A stretch of 64,000 bases of DNA from Cenococcum geophilum (taxonomy: Eukaryota). The DNA lies in the NCBI GenBank assembly GCA_050273025.1, contig CP158635.1, positions 1,116,001-1,180,000 of the forward strand, in the 5' to 3' direction. Position numbers and translations under genes: made by a program. Under the pieces are notes generated by a model. The model was not told the DNA's origin and ran no database searches. It saw only the letters and a program-made list of their open reading frames with translations. Shown here one piece after another: positions 53,180 through 64,000 of the stretch; position 1 is the first letter of the stretch, and each line of letters opens with the position of its first letter.

Positions 53180-55107
53180 GTCTCCTTTTACAGCTTATTT
53201 GCGGAGGGCCCTTAAGGCGTTAACCGTGCGGTTTATAATTAGAAGGCAGTTAATTAGCCCTATTAGCTTATCTAAGGACTCCTCTATTAGTGCTAGCTTG
53301 TTTTACTAGGAGTCTAGCTCCTTAAGGATCTGTAGGTTAAGCTGTTCTAAATAAAGGAGGGCGCGCGTCTAATATTGGGTCTTTAGCTTATCCTAGGGTC
53401 CTATATCTTATTCTCTTTAGGTTAGGGTATTAGCTTTAGAGTTTTACTTGCTAGAATAATATATAATTATAAAGAAGAATTAAGAGAATATTTTAGCCTA
53501 CTAGGCTTATTATCTAGTAAGCTGCTTTATAGTTATAAAGTACTTTAGGGCTTTATAATCTGTATATATTTTAATCCAGAATTTCGTACCTTTAAGCTCT
53601 ACGCACTATTAAAAAAGTAATTAAATAATAGCTAGTATTTCTTTATTGTGTACTTTATAGTTATATTTAGCTAGGTCTATTATTTTTAAGAAGAAAGCTA
53701 TAGGGTACTATTTACCGTTTAGATATAACTGTAATAGGATTCCTATTATAACCCTATTAGAGGCATCCGTTTCTAGCATTAATTTAAGGTCTAGGTTATA
53801 GTAATAAAGAATTAGGGAAGAGATAAGCCGATCCTTTATCTCTTTAAAGGCTTCTATATAGCTATTATTAAAGATAAAAGGTATATCCTTCCTAGTTAGT
53901 TATATAAGAGGTTTTACTATAATTCTATAGTTATAAATAAACTAGTAGTAGAAGTTATAAAAACTAAGAAAGGATTAGATTTCTTTTACTATATAAGGGG
54001 GCTTCTAGTTACGGATTACCTTTACCTTCTTAGGGTTAACCTTAATTCCTTCTATAGTTATAATAAACCTAAGGTATTTTATACGTTTTACCCTAAACTC
54101 GCATTTCTTAATATTAACTTATAAGCCCGCGTTCTGTAGTTTCTCTAGGACCTTCTTAATATAAACTTAATACTTAAGTTCGTTATCTAAGTATATAAAA
54201 ATGTCGTCTAGGTATACCATACAGAATTCGTCAAGGTAATTAAAAAGAACGTTATTTATATACCTTTAGTACGTAGCCGGTCCATTTATTAGTCTAAAAG
54301 GAAGAACTTTATATTTATAGGAACTATAATAGGTACGGAATGTTGTTAAATCTTTAGATATAGAGTTTATCCTAATTTAGTAAAAAGCTTAGCGGATATT
54401 AAGTTTAGTAAAGATCTTTACCTAGCTTAGATATATAAGGGTCTTATTAATTAAAGGAATAGGATACCGGTTCTTTTAAGTAATAGCGTTTAGCTTTTAA
54501 TAGTCAATATAAAAACAAAGGCCTCTATTTAGCTTTTTTATAAATAGAATAGGGGAAGTAAAAGGGGCTTAACTTAGCTTGATAAACCCTTTATCTAGGT
54601 TATTAATTAAGTACTACTTTATTACTTTTAGCTTATCCATTAATTAATAGTAGAGGGGGCTATAGCTTAGCGAGTTATTAGCTTTTAATTAAATCTTATA
54701 ATTATATATCCGGTAGGGGGGTAACTTATCTAAGGCTGCCTTTAAGAATGCATCCTTATAGTCTATATAAATAGTAGGAAGAAGGCGTTTAACTAATTCC
54801 TTATTAGTTTCCTTAGCTAGCCTTTCCTCTCTATTATTAATAATTCGGTTAATCTTATATAGGCTTATTATAAAGACCTTATTGTCCTTCCGGTATATAT
54901 TAAAGTGGAACACTATAGCGCTAATTACGGCAATATTTATAGTAGGGGGGTTGCCTAATAATAGGTGCGTATATAACTTTAGGGACTTCTAGGGTACTAG
55001 TGTTATTATTACTCCTTTTAGCTCCTATTATATCTTTTAAAGGTTATCCCTTATATCCTATTAATATATTCTTTTCTATACCGGTTAAATCTATACAATT
55101 TAGATGT

Positions 55108-55246
55108 TATCTATATTACTATCTATCCTACTTCTGTATATAGAGTCCTCTTTAAATATAGCGCTTTAGGAGAGTATCTATATTACTATCTATCCTACTT
55201 CTGTATATAGAGTCCTCTTTAAATATAGCGCTTTAGGAGAGTATCT
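55108..55246. repeat. 67-bp tandem duplication in Gypsy C pol
   Basis: TATCTATATTACTATCTATCCTACTTCTGTATATAGAGTCCTCTTTAAATATAGCGCTTTAGGAGAG occurs at 55108 and 55175. Confidence 0.9.
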
Positions 55247-58200
55247 TTATTAGTATAAAGTTCTTTCTAGCTTTATAGCGGGCGTCTTCTTAGATAAAGG
55301 CTAGGTTATAGGCTCAGACATCCTACTAGTAGGTAGGGTTAGCCCTTACGGCTAGTGTCTTATAGTTAGTTTAGATCTTCCTAATAAAGGAGGGCAACCT
55401 CGGTCTATCCTCTAGCTAGATAACCCGTCTTTATTACACGTTTAACTAAATATTAAAATAGGATATCTATTTTCGTCTAAGGATTATATTATAGGACTCT
55501 AGGTTTAGGATATAAAAGGGGATACTATATTAGTATTATCCGTTAAGAGCGATATATAACTTTAAGATGTAGGTAATAGGCTGACTGGCTTGGCTATTAT
55601 AGCCTTTTACCTAAATAGGCTTCTCTAGTTGGATGGCTTCTATATTTAGAAACTTGGCAACATTATTTATATAGGTAGTATTTATAAAGGTAAAGCTATT
55701 TGCTCTAGTGTTAATAAAGGCAGTTATATTAACTCTATATCTATTTTAAAATACTATATATAGAACTATAAAATGCTTTCCACCTATTAACTAACTAAGA
55801 TTAATCTCTTTAAGATTAATAGGGTACCCTAGGGGGGAGTCTTTTCTTAGGGTTTTTTTTCCTAACTTATTAGACGTCTCTCCTTCCTCTATCTCCTTAA
55901 TATTACCTATATCTTTTAGCTCTAGGTAGGACAAGATAAAGTAACCCTATTTATTATAGTTGTAGTATATAGCTAAGGTAGGGTTAATTAGAGTATTGTA
56001 GTAAATACTAGTTAATAGCGTAGTACGTAACTAGTTGGGTAAGGCTTGCTAGTATATAGTTATAACCGCCTTTAGTATAAGAGTAGTTATAACTTATCTT
56101 CTTACTCTAGCTTTTATAGGTATAGCTAGTAAGTTCTAATTATTATGGAGTTGCTTCTACTAATTAAGGTAGGCGTTAATCCGCTTTAGTTTTAAGTCTA
56201 ATAATAGGTAATAAGCTGTAAGTCTTTTATGGGTTAGTAGGTTATCTAAGGTTATAGTAATCTTTTCTTATAGCTAGATTGTTAGCTTATTATATAGGTC
56301 TAATTAGTAGTTCTTAAGGGGAACCTAGCCTTCTCCTATAAGGTATAGGAATTAAGTTTAAAATTTAGTAAAGGGTTAGTTTAGTTTTATTATTAGGCGA
56401 TTATAGTTATAATGGGCATCTTATACTTTATTTAGGTTAATATAGATAGCCGCTAGGTACCGTATTATCTTATTAATAGATATAAATTAGATAGGGGAGT
56501 CGTCCTTAAACTTAGCTTAAAGGTGCCGTTAGGCGTCCCTAGTAGTTCAACTAAAGAGGTAAAGTATTTTAGCTTTTTTAAAAAGGAAATAGTTATAGTT
56601 AACGCAGAGCTTTCCTTATACTTAAATCCTCTAATTCTTAAAGGTAGGGTCTATCCCATTAGATAGTAGTAGGGGGTTAAAGAGCTTAATGGACTTTAAC
56701 TACTTTATTATTATATCCGTACTCTCTAGTATATTATATTTAGTAGAGTAAATAGGTCAGCTAGGGCTTTAAAAAGGGGAAGTTAGGCTATTTTATAGGG
56801 CCGCGAGGCTTTTTAGGATCTCTTATAGGGTTTCTTATATATTTCTCACTTTAAGACAATTAGCTTCCTAGCTAGCTATAAGGGCGTAAATCTACTCGCG
56901 TATATTTACGATATTATTATTATCTTCAATTTCTAATCCTAATTAGATCTTAGGTTCTTCTTAGGTAAAGGCAGCTCTCTTAAATAAGCTTACTTTAAGT
57001 GCCATCATTAGCTTCCTAAGGTTCGTCGGTATTATATGCTTTAGTTTTAATTCCGGGGGTATAGGTCTAGTCCTATCTAGCTTATAAGGTGGGATATTAT
57101 CTAGGCCTTCCCAGGTAATATAGAGTTGTTTTAGTGTCTAAGTATAGTGCGTTAATGCGTCGTTGTAGACGAAGTTTCTTTAGGGTGGGATATTATTAAG
57201 GCCTTCCCAGGCGAGGTAGGGTAAGCTTAGTATAATGTTATAGCTCGTATAAATGCCTCTAAACCAAAGCTTATAGAATGCTGTATTATAAAGATACTAA
57301 GCTAAAAAGAAGGAAAAGGGGTCGCTAGGACTGATGTAAACAAATATATAGGGTAAGCCGCTAAGGCGCTAGCTTTGGGCGGGCCAATCGCAGGTCGGCA
57401 GAATATAGCAGAATTTGGCAGGTAACGTGCGATAGCGCCGTTACAATAGGCACCTTATAGAAAGCCGTCGCGCTAGGGTAGGAAGGTCCCTTTAATAGTA
57501 AAAGATTACGATAATATAAACCTTTAGGTAAAATAGCTAAATAAGCCCTAATACCTAAATGCTCTAAAAGCTTAAAGACTCTTATATACCTATAGTTACA
57601 GCTAAGGAAAATATAGACACCCTCTATAACGGTTATAATACTACTAAAAAGTAACTAGAACCCCTTTAGCCCCACCTAAGCCAATTAGAAGATTAAGCGC
57701 TAGAGGTAACTTTAAGATCTTCCCCTAAGCTAGAAATGCTAGAGAAATATACTAATATATTTAACTAGGGACCTAACTAAAACCCTCCCAAAAGACCACT
57801 ATCCTATAATTAGTATAATAAAAGGACACTATATATAAGCATAGCTTTTTGCGCAGACTTATAAGCACTAGGTTTAAAATCTATAATGGCTATTTATAAA
57901 TTACTTAGTTTGGTCTATATTGATTGGCTCGTTATAGAGAAAATAGGTCGGTAAGTTGGAGAGTTAATGTAAGAGTACATATATTAGATCCCGCCGCGCT
58001 TGCGATTAATATCGCAAGCACTCCGTGTCTTTTTGGCCGAATGGCGACGTTAGGGCGGGAAACGTTACAGTTGATTTTAGTGTGGTGACCGAGTTCGGGA
58101 GGCGATCGAGTTCCGGGGGTCCGAGCTTATACGAGCCGCGGCTCTCTTATATAGCGACGCGTTTTACTAAATTTATTAACATTAAGCCTTTATTTTTTTT

Positions 58201-58789
58201 ATATCCATTATATTATACTATATATAATACTACGTATATAGCCTCTAAGCTATAGCGCTATAGTTCTATATATATAAATCCTTTCTAGGCAGCTTAATAT
58301 ATATTAGTAGCTATATCTTAATATTTATAATTCCTTAGTAAAATACTAAGTTACTATAACTACTAGGTAGTAGGAAAACGGTAGAAAAAACTATAAGAAA
58401 TCCTAATACCTATCCCTATTCTTTTGCAATTTATTTCTATTTTTTTACTCTTTTACTAATATCCTAGTAGGAGTTACCTCCTTCTAAAATCCTATTTGTT
58501 TTATTTATTCTTCTATAAAACCTTCTATGCTAGTACTACGTACCAGTTTAGCTGCTTTAAGAGTCTCGCAGTCTTTACTATTAGCAAAGTGTTTTTCTTT
58601 ACAATTAATGTAAAGAGAGGTAGTATGCTTATAAGGCTTGCCCATTGTTATATAGGTAGGACAGGCGTTATCTTTAGCCTTTATTGGTTATACTAGATTT
58701 CGATTACCGTCAAAGCTTTAAAACCAATCCAGATAGAGCTAATCAAGTTGGATAAACCGGATCTACTTTAGATTTTGGTTTGTCCGAAC

Positions 58790-60143
58790 CAACCGAGATA
58801 GATCCAATCCAATTGCGTCACTGGCTGCGCGCAGGCCGCATCCAATGGCTTTGAGTATGTGTGGATAGACACGTGCTGCGTTGACGAATCTAGTAGCGCG
58901 GAGCTCTCGGAAGCCATCAACTCCATGTACCGCTGGTACCGGAATGCGGCCATACGCTATGCTTACCTATCGGACGTGCCAGCGCACGACGCAGAAATAG
59001 ACCCCCCCCCCCAAAAAAAAGCCAGTGGTTCACAAGATGGTGCCCACTGCAGGAACTCCTTGCGCCTGAGTACATCGTATTCTACGGCGCGGGATGGGCG
59101 GAGATCGGGACGAAAGCGAGTTTAAAGGAGACTATCTCCCAGATCACGGACATCCAGATTTCTGCTCTATTGCTGGGTCGGGGGACGACCAATTCAGTAT
59201 AGCACAGAAAATGTCCTGGGCCTTTAAGAGGAAAACGACTAGAGTTGAGGACATGGCCTACTCCCTTATTGGTATTTTCGGAGTAAATATCCCACTGCTG
59301 TACGGCGAAGGGGAGAAGGCTTTCAATAGACTGCGGCTCGAGATTCTCAGCTCGTCGCAAGACACGGCCACCTTTGCGTGGACCGCGCGCGGCACTTCCG
59401 ATTCCGCGTTTGAGGGGAGAAGGTCCTGTAAGGCTGATAGGGGCTTGCTCGCCCATTCACCTGTAGAATTCTCTGAATGTCGTGATATCATATGGGTTGG
59501 TGGTGAAAGTAGCGGTGGAAAGCTAGCTTCAATGACCGCTATGGGATTGCGGTTAGAGATGTGCCTTGCAGAAGAAAAATCTACGGGGACGTCTGTTGGG
59601 GAACGAAAAGTTCCGGATGCAGGCCTCCGTCTCGCAGTCACACCGGAGAGGCTAAGCGGGAATCGGTATTGCAGAGTCGATTACGAGACTGTCCGAACAG
59701 TACAACTCGACTGCATAGCGGATTCTGCGGAATCATTAACAAAGCCGGACTACAAGAGAATTGTGTTAGCGGACGGCTCCACTATGCCTATCGAAAAGAT
59801 AATTATTTTTGTCAGAGAAGCAAGTAGTTAGAAGAGAATGTCGGTGAAATTAGACTTTACAGTCACAAAGGTCTTATCGCGGAAACCGATTTTTCAGACA
59901 GACATCCACCCTGTGGATTACTGGCGCTTCGGGGACGGGTCTAACTTCGACACCTACGCTCACCAGATGGGCCAGCCACGGATGAGGTCTGGTCTTAGAA
60001 CGCGCCATGGAGGAGCCGTAATATATCAAAACAGCAACAGAAGCTTTCGTACTTATTCTGAGGCGTATCTACACGAACGTAAAGGACGTGGCTTTAACAC
60101 GCAACTTTCAGTACTCTCTCATCGCGGCGCAGATTATAGCTGA
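58790..60143 (+). pseudogene. HET-domain (heterokaryon incompatibility, HET-E-1-like N-terminus) gene, 5'-eroded and frameshifted
   Basis: Three frames in turn: YVWIDTCCVDESSSAELSEAINSMYRWY...YAYLSDV; then QWFTRWCPLQELLAP; then SIAQKMSWA.KRKTTRVEDMAYSLIGIFGVNIPLLYGEGEKAF.RL. Frameshifts fall at the C10/A8 run (~59002-59020) and at ~59180. Stop at 59831; the 3' extent is uncertain. Confidence 0.85.
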
Positions 60144-60627
60144 ACCTGATTGTGTGGATTAGATTTGCGTTTGCTTGCTGGGGGGAAAGTCGGTGTGTGG
60201 CCATGAAAAGAGAACGTGTTGCAGGCGACCTGATCTATGCCGTAGAAATCTCAGTGGTATGACAACAGCGGAAGATGAGATATTAATAAAGCTTGGAACA
60301 CTAATGCCCAAATTTCTTCCGGTTTATTTGCTGGGTTCCCCGTACATAGAATTAGCTGGACAATTCCTGCTAGGGAGAAAAAGGGACCGAAGGGTATTCC
60401 AAGTTATATGGCTGTTAATTCCCTTACGCTAGCTTTACTTTTGGATTCGTACTTCTGTCTGGTTGCAGTACAACCTTGAACCAGATCCGTCCCAACAGTT
60501 TTTGGTCAACGCGTTCCTAAGGCACGATCTCCGCATGATGTAACAACTCACTTATGGTCACGTCTCCTCATCTCTAGCAGCATACAGCTCATGAAAAGTT
60601 CATGATTTTAGCAGGTAGCGTTCGCTA

Positions 60628-62918
60628 TCACATAACCATGCCCTTCAAGCTGGCCATATCCCCTTCTTTGGTGGTAATTTCGAAATAGCTGTAGATGATT
60701 CTAGGATCGAATTGTTAGTAACTTTCGGGGTCCAGAAGTCCTTTAGGGTGATTCTAGAATTTTGAACGACTTACGTCACAGCCATCAGAATGCCTGTGCC
60801 ACTTCCCAAAGCACCTAGTAGGTCGCTGGTTACGGAAAGTGCTCCGATGCAAGCTCCACCAAACGCCGCCGCAGTAGGGATGACCCTCTTGAGCTCTTTA
60901 TACATGCTCTCTTCACGGTGGCCCGCTATGACTAGACCTTGTTCTTTAAGCTGCTTCGCGACATCTCGAGGGGATGATCCAGACACCTCTATCCACGTCT
61001 TTGAGAACATAGCACAAGCAACAAGCATGAAGGTAAAGTAGGCAGCAGTGTGAAGAGGTTGAAGCAGAGCGTCACTGAAAGATAGTGGCGGTGACATGTA
61101 GTAGGCAATCCCGGAGGCAGCGTGTAGTTGGCCGGAACCTTCCGTAATTTCCCACACACCAAGTAGGCGGACAAGGACGTTGTCGGAGAAGCGGGAGAAC
61201 AGCGCTTGGGAAATCATGAAAATATTTGATGAGAGAGCACTTTGGAGCATAATGGGCCTGAGGAGGATTAGCATATGCACATCAAGGTGATTTAGGAACA
61301 TGCATTTTTTAGAAAATCGCCGAAACTCACATATTGGATGTGTAAAACAGGCGGACCGGGTAAGAACCCCGCATGCCACGCTGACGGGATGACTTGACCG
61401 GGCTAATCACGATTAGTGCGTTTTATCAACAATATATGATGCACCTTACATTTCGACGCGGAATCCTTGAAGGTAGATGACAATAGCAAAGACCAGGACA
61501 GTGCTCATCAGCTGCATAATGTTTGGCAGGTTTTGTCGATAAAATGCTTCGCGGAGTGCGATTTGTTTGTTGGGCCAAGTCAAGAGGAGATGGACCAGCG
61601 CGACAATGGCTCCTTCGAACTCTGGAAAATGTTAGGGGATGGCAGGATAAGAGGAACGGAATAGCCTACCCGGCCCTCGTCCTGTGTTGATGGTGGTGGG
61701 ACTGAAAGCTTTCCATACGATTGACTCACAGATATTTGTGGCAACTACAAAAATGTCAGTGTCTTGCATCCCGAAATTAGAATAATTACGAAAGACTTAC
61801 TGAATAAAGAAATACCACTGCCAAGACCATAACCCTTTTGAAGTCTACAGATAGGAGATATATTAGAAATACTGCTTCTCCGAAAACAGTTCAAATACAG
61901 CTCACAATTCATCGAGTAAAATTACGATCAAACCCGCAATCATCAATTGGACGACGAGCAAAACACAGACACCCGCACCTAGTTCGGTAGGGCGTCCATA
62001 TGTGCCTAGGGGAGCCGTTAATAAATGCGGAAGCAACAGAAGTAGATTCTTGCTACCTGTTATTACCATGACAGAAGCTTGGCCGAAAGATATAACCAGG
62101 CTGAGGAGCTAATAACACTGAGTAAGGTGCAACACGGACAGGAGATAAGCGCAAGTGGCAAACCTTTTGGGCAGTTTGATAAAGCTCACGGTCCGTTTTT
62201 AGCTATTGCAGGTGTCAGAAATGCCATGTAAAGCTGAGGTCGCTCGTAGCCTACGTCCAAGTTGACATCGATCGAGTGTGTACCGGCCAGGAGCTGGAGT
62301 GCATTAATTCTGACTATCGCCAAGCATGGCGTTGAATGTTACCTGGAAAACCATGCCTGACGAAATAATGGGTGTAATACCAAGCTCCATCAATGTCCCT
62401 CGGTTACTAGCCATCATCATTCTTGGAATATTATTAATTCGATGCCACGCTACTTAAGTCTAAGCAGGTGTGCTTGCCTTAGCCACATTACCGGATCCGA
62501 TGAGTCTGAGTGAGCATGGTCAGTCTCCCAAATGCTTGTGTAGCACATCGCCTTCACTTGCCTGAGGACACAATGCCATAGAGGGGCATTTGGCTCATGA
62601 CTAAGAAAATCAATAGTGTCAAAGCCGTCCACATCAACTTCTGATTGAATACAATCTTTGTTTCGGGAGCAGCGACCTAGTGGGGTGTCAATGCGTGGAC
62701 ATGGATGCGACTGGAGTTCGACGTACCTCGGGGAGGAAAGGCGTGAAGGCTTGCAAATGGTATTTAGTTCCTAGTCGCAATAGTGTTGGGTATGCGTGGA
62801 GTGCACTCACGCTTGACGATATCGAGAAATCGGACTAAAGATAGAAGAGGGTATCAGCATATAGTTTAATTGAGTTTCGGAGCAGTAAAGATATTAATAA
62901 AAACTTACAGCCGCTCAT
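60628..62918 (-). CDS. SEC61: Protein transport protein Sec61 subunit alpha, 16 exons, 475 aa
   Basis: Exons 62918-62909, 62834-62811, 62749-62727, 62676-62562, 62505-62478, 62421-62343, 62293-62255, 62202-62164, 62108-62057, 62005-61906, 61844-61801, 61744-61670, 61621-61450, 61402-61331, 61257-60775 and 60700-60628 sum to 1428 nt in frame. Translation: MSGFRFLDIVKPF...[15 protein letters not shown]...[20 protein letters not shown]...[15 protein letters not shown]...[18 protein letters not shown]. Confidence 0.97.
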
Positions 62919-63165
62919 GATTGCGATATTGTGCGAATTGAAAGATCCCTTGAAAAAGAATTCAGAAGGATTCTAGTAGTGAGAGTTAAAGCATGAAGGA
63001 AGAAGATTACAAGGAGTATCGTAAGTGCAGCAAAGAGCAGTGGTAGTGGTGTGTAGAGTCAGCGGCTGCCTAGGTGGATGGAGCTGTTGACACAATATGC
63101 AGACGATTCTGGGTACGACTCCTCCGTGTCCCGCTAGCTATCATTCTCCCAGGGTCTGCCCGCCT

Positions 63166-63174
63166 TCACGTGAC
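63166..63174. promoter_or_regulatory. Cbf1-type E-box (GTCACGTGA) in the SEC61/MET10 divergent promoter
   Basis: TCACGTGAC matches RTCACGTG on the minus strand, ~480 bp upstream of a sulfur-assimilation gene. Confidence 0.4.
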
Positions 63175-63648
63175 TTTTGCGGAGGAATGATAATGCGGAG
63201 GAGCCCCAGACTCCGGGGTTTCTTTTTGCCGAAGCGAGGGATTTCTTTATGCCGGGGATGCGGATTGCGATGGATTGCGTGCTCGACTCTGCACCCAAGG
63301 TTTTCGAGGCGATTGCCTGTCGTCGCTGCCACCACCTGCAGAGCTAATATGGAGCCCCAAACTTTTGCCCATAAGGCCCAATGGCCGTCTTTGATTAAGA
63401 ATCCGCGTCTAGAACTTTGCGATTTTATCTATTATTACCTCTTGGTCCCCGACATCACCCTGTCATACCTTCAACCGTCAAATTATTCCCTCTTCCTTTT
63501 CCCTCCTCCTTTCCTTCACTCCTCCCTTCCTACGCCAAATAGTGTAGAGCGTTTGCGAGCTCTCATCACTACCGCTTCTGCGGACTGCCACCATCTGCGC
63601 ATTCCCTAAATCGTTCTCGTTGCGTCTTCCATTCCCCCATTTTCCGCC

Positions 63649-64000
63649 ATGCATCTGCAGCAATCCCAATCCGCGGGACCTGGCGTTACCGAGGATGCCG
63701 TGAAACCTCCCAAGCAGTTCGCGGAGCAGTCCTCGAGCTTGCCGTTCGGCCAGGAGCTCTCTCTGTCCTCAATTAGCGGGCCTACCTACTTGACTGCTCA
63801 GGCTCTTGTCCAACAAGTCGCCTATACGCTTTCCGACAGGATATTTACATATTCGTTGGAATCATTCGATCTGGATGCCGCTGCCAAGCTTTGGGTCTCA
63901 AGGAAAGAGAAGAATGCTTTCGGATATAGAACTGGTGTGTCATTTATGGAGACGCGAACTGGTGCAGCTTCAATTGCTCTTGGGTACATGTTTTCTAAGG
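63649..64000 (+). CDS. MET10: Sulfite reductase [NADPH] flavoprotein (alpha) subunit, 5' part; runs off the window
   Basis: MHLQQSQ...LPFGQELSLSSISGPTYLTAQALVQQVAYTLSDRIFTYSLESFDLD...METRTGAASIALGYMFSK resembles the N-terminus of filamentous-fungal Met10 orthologues. The frame is open to the window end. Confidence 0.8.
   Translation, partial: MHLQQSQSAGPGVTEDAVKPPKQFAEQSSSLPFGQELSLSSISGPTYLTAQALVQQVAYTLSDRIFTYSLESFDLDAAAKLWVSRKEKNAFGYRTGVSFMETRTGAASIALGYMFSK

Larger units (their letters stand above)
44980..57445 (-). mobile_element. Ty3/Gypsy chromovirus C, full length, interrupted by Copia-1b
   Basis: 210-bp LTRs at 44980-45189 and 57236-57445; TSD ATAGG; PPT GAAGGGGGTGA. PR IDTGANSF at ~55705; RT GLCFCIDY and YLDDIF at ~54205; RH ETDAS at ~53770; chromodomain EWEV.EIL...RWKGY at ~45730. 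Confidence 0.95.
1..58700. other. AT-rich, RIP-mutated nested transposon block (likely heterochromatic)
   Basis: Pervasive TpA excess and CpA/TpG depletion. Recognisable TE motifs carry only transition-type lesions (e.g. DD>NN, W>stop, C>Y). Composition switches abruptly near 58.7 kb. Confidence 0.95.

Noticed and set aside
508..58696. Short ORF-track calls in the AT-rich block as real genes
   Set aside because: They are antisense or off-frame products of RIP'd TEs. Exceptions are 24249-24566 and 25212-25712 (piggyBac fragments), 54689-54913 (Gypsy pol fragment), and 38702-38911 and 41804-42037 (relic fragments).
1..58700. Starship element / DUF3435 captain recombinase
   Set aside because: No tyrosine-recombinase motifs or intact cargo genes were recognised. 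The block is mostly explained by nested TEs.
59082..60432. Overlapping antisense or alternative-frame ORFs over the HET gene
   Set aside because: Shadow ORFs in GC-balanced DNA with no motifs.
60771..61379. 202-aa ORF as a stand-alone protein
   Set aside because: It is SEC61 exon 15 extended by intronic and off-frame sequence.
63097..63669. 170-aa, 64-aa and 63-aa ORFs between SEC61 and MET10
   Set aside because: No recognisable domain; they overlap promoter and pyrimidine-rich 5' UTR sequence.

Overview
Filamentous ascomycete DNA. Bases 1 to ~58,700 are an AT-rich block of nested transposon relics degraded by repeat-induced point mutation (RIP): CpA/TpG is depleted, TpA is in excess, and Gln/Trp/Cys/Met codons have become TAA/TAG/TAT/ATA. 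In order, the block holds: (1) a Plavaka-type DNA transposon; (2) a 5'-truncated chromovirus (Gypsy A) carrying an antisense Zn2Cys6-like ORF; (3) a second chromovirus (Gypsy B), split by a Copia (itself carrying a solo LTR) and by a non-TTAA piggyBac-like element (itself carrying a second Copia); (4) a Tad1-like LINE; (5) a probable large multi-ORF CMC/EnSpm-like DNA transposon, interrupted by a solo LTR and by a third chromovirus (Gypsy C) that carries another Copia of the first family. Most LTR insertions resolve to the base with 5-bp target-site duplications (TSDs). From ~58,700 the DNA is GC-balanced and genic: a frameshifted HET-domain gene, a 16-exon SEC61 alpha gene, and the divergently transcribed 5' end of MET10. 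The SEC61 gene has two tandem GC-AG introns and substitutions at known Sec61-inhibitor resistance positions. Protein motifs in RIP'd regions were read by reversing C>T/G>A changes by eye. No database search was run.
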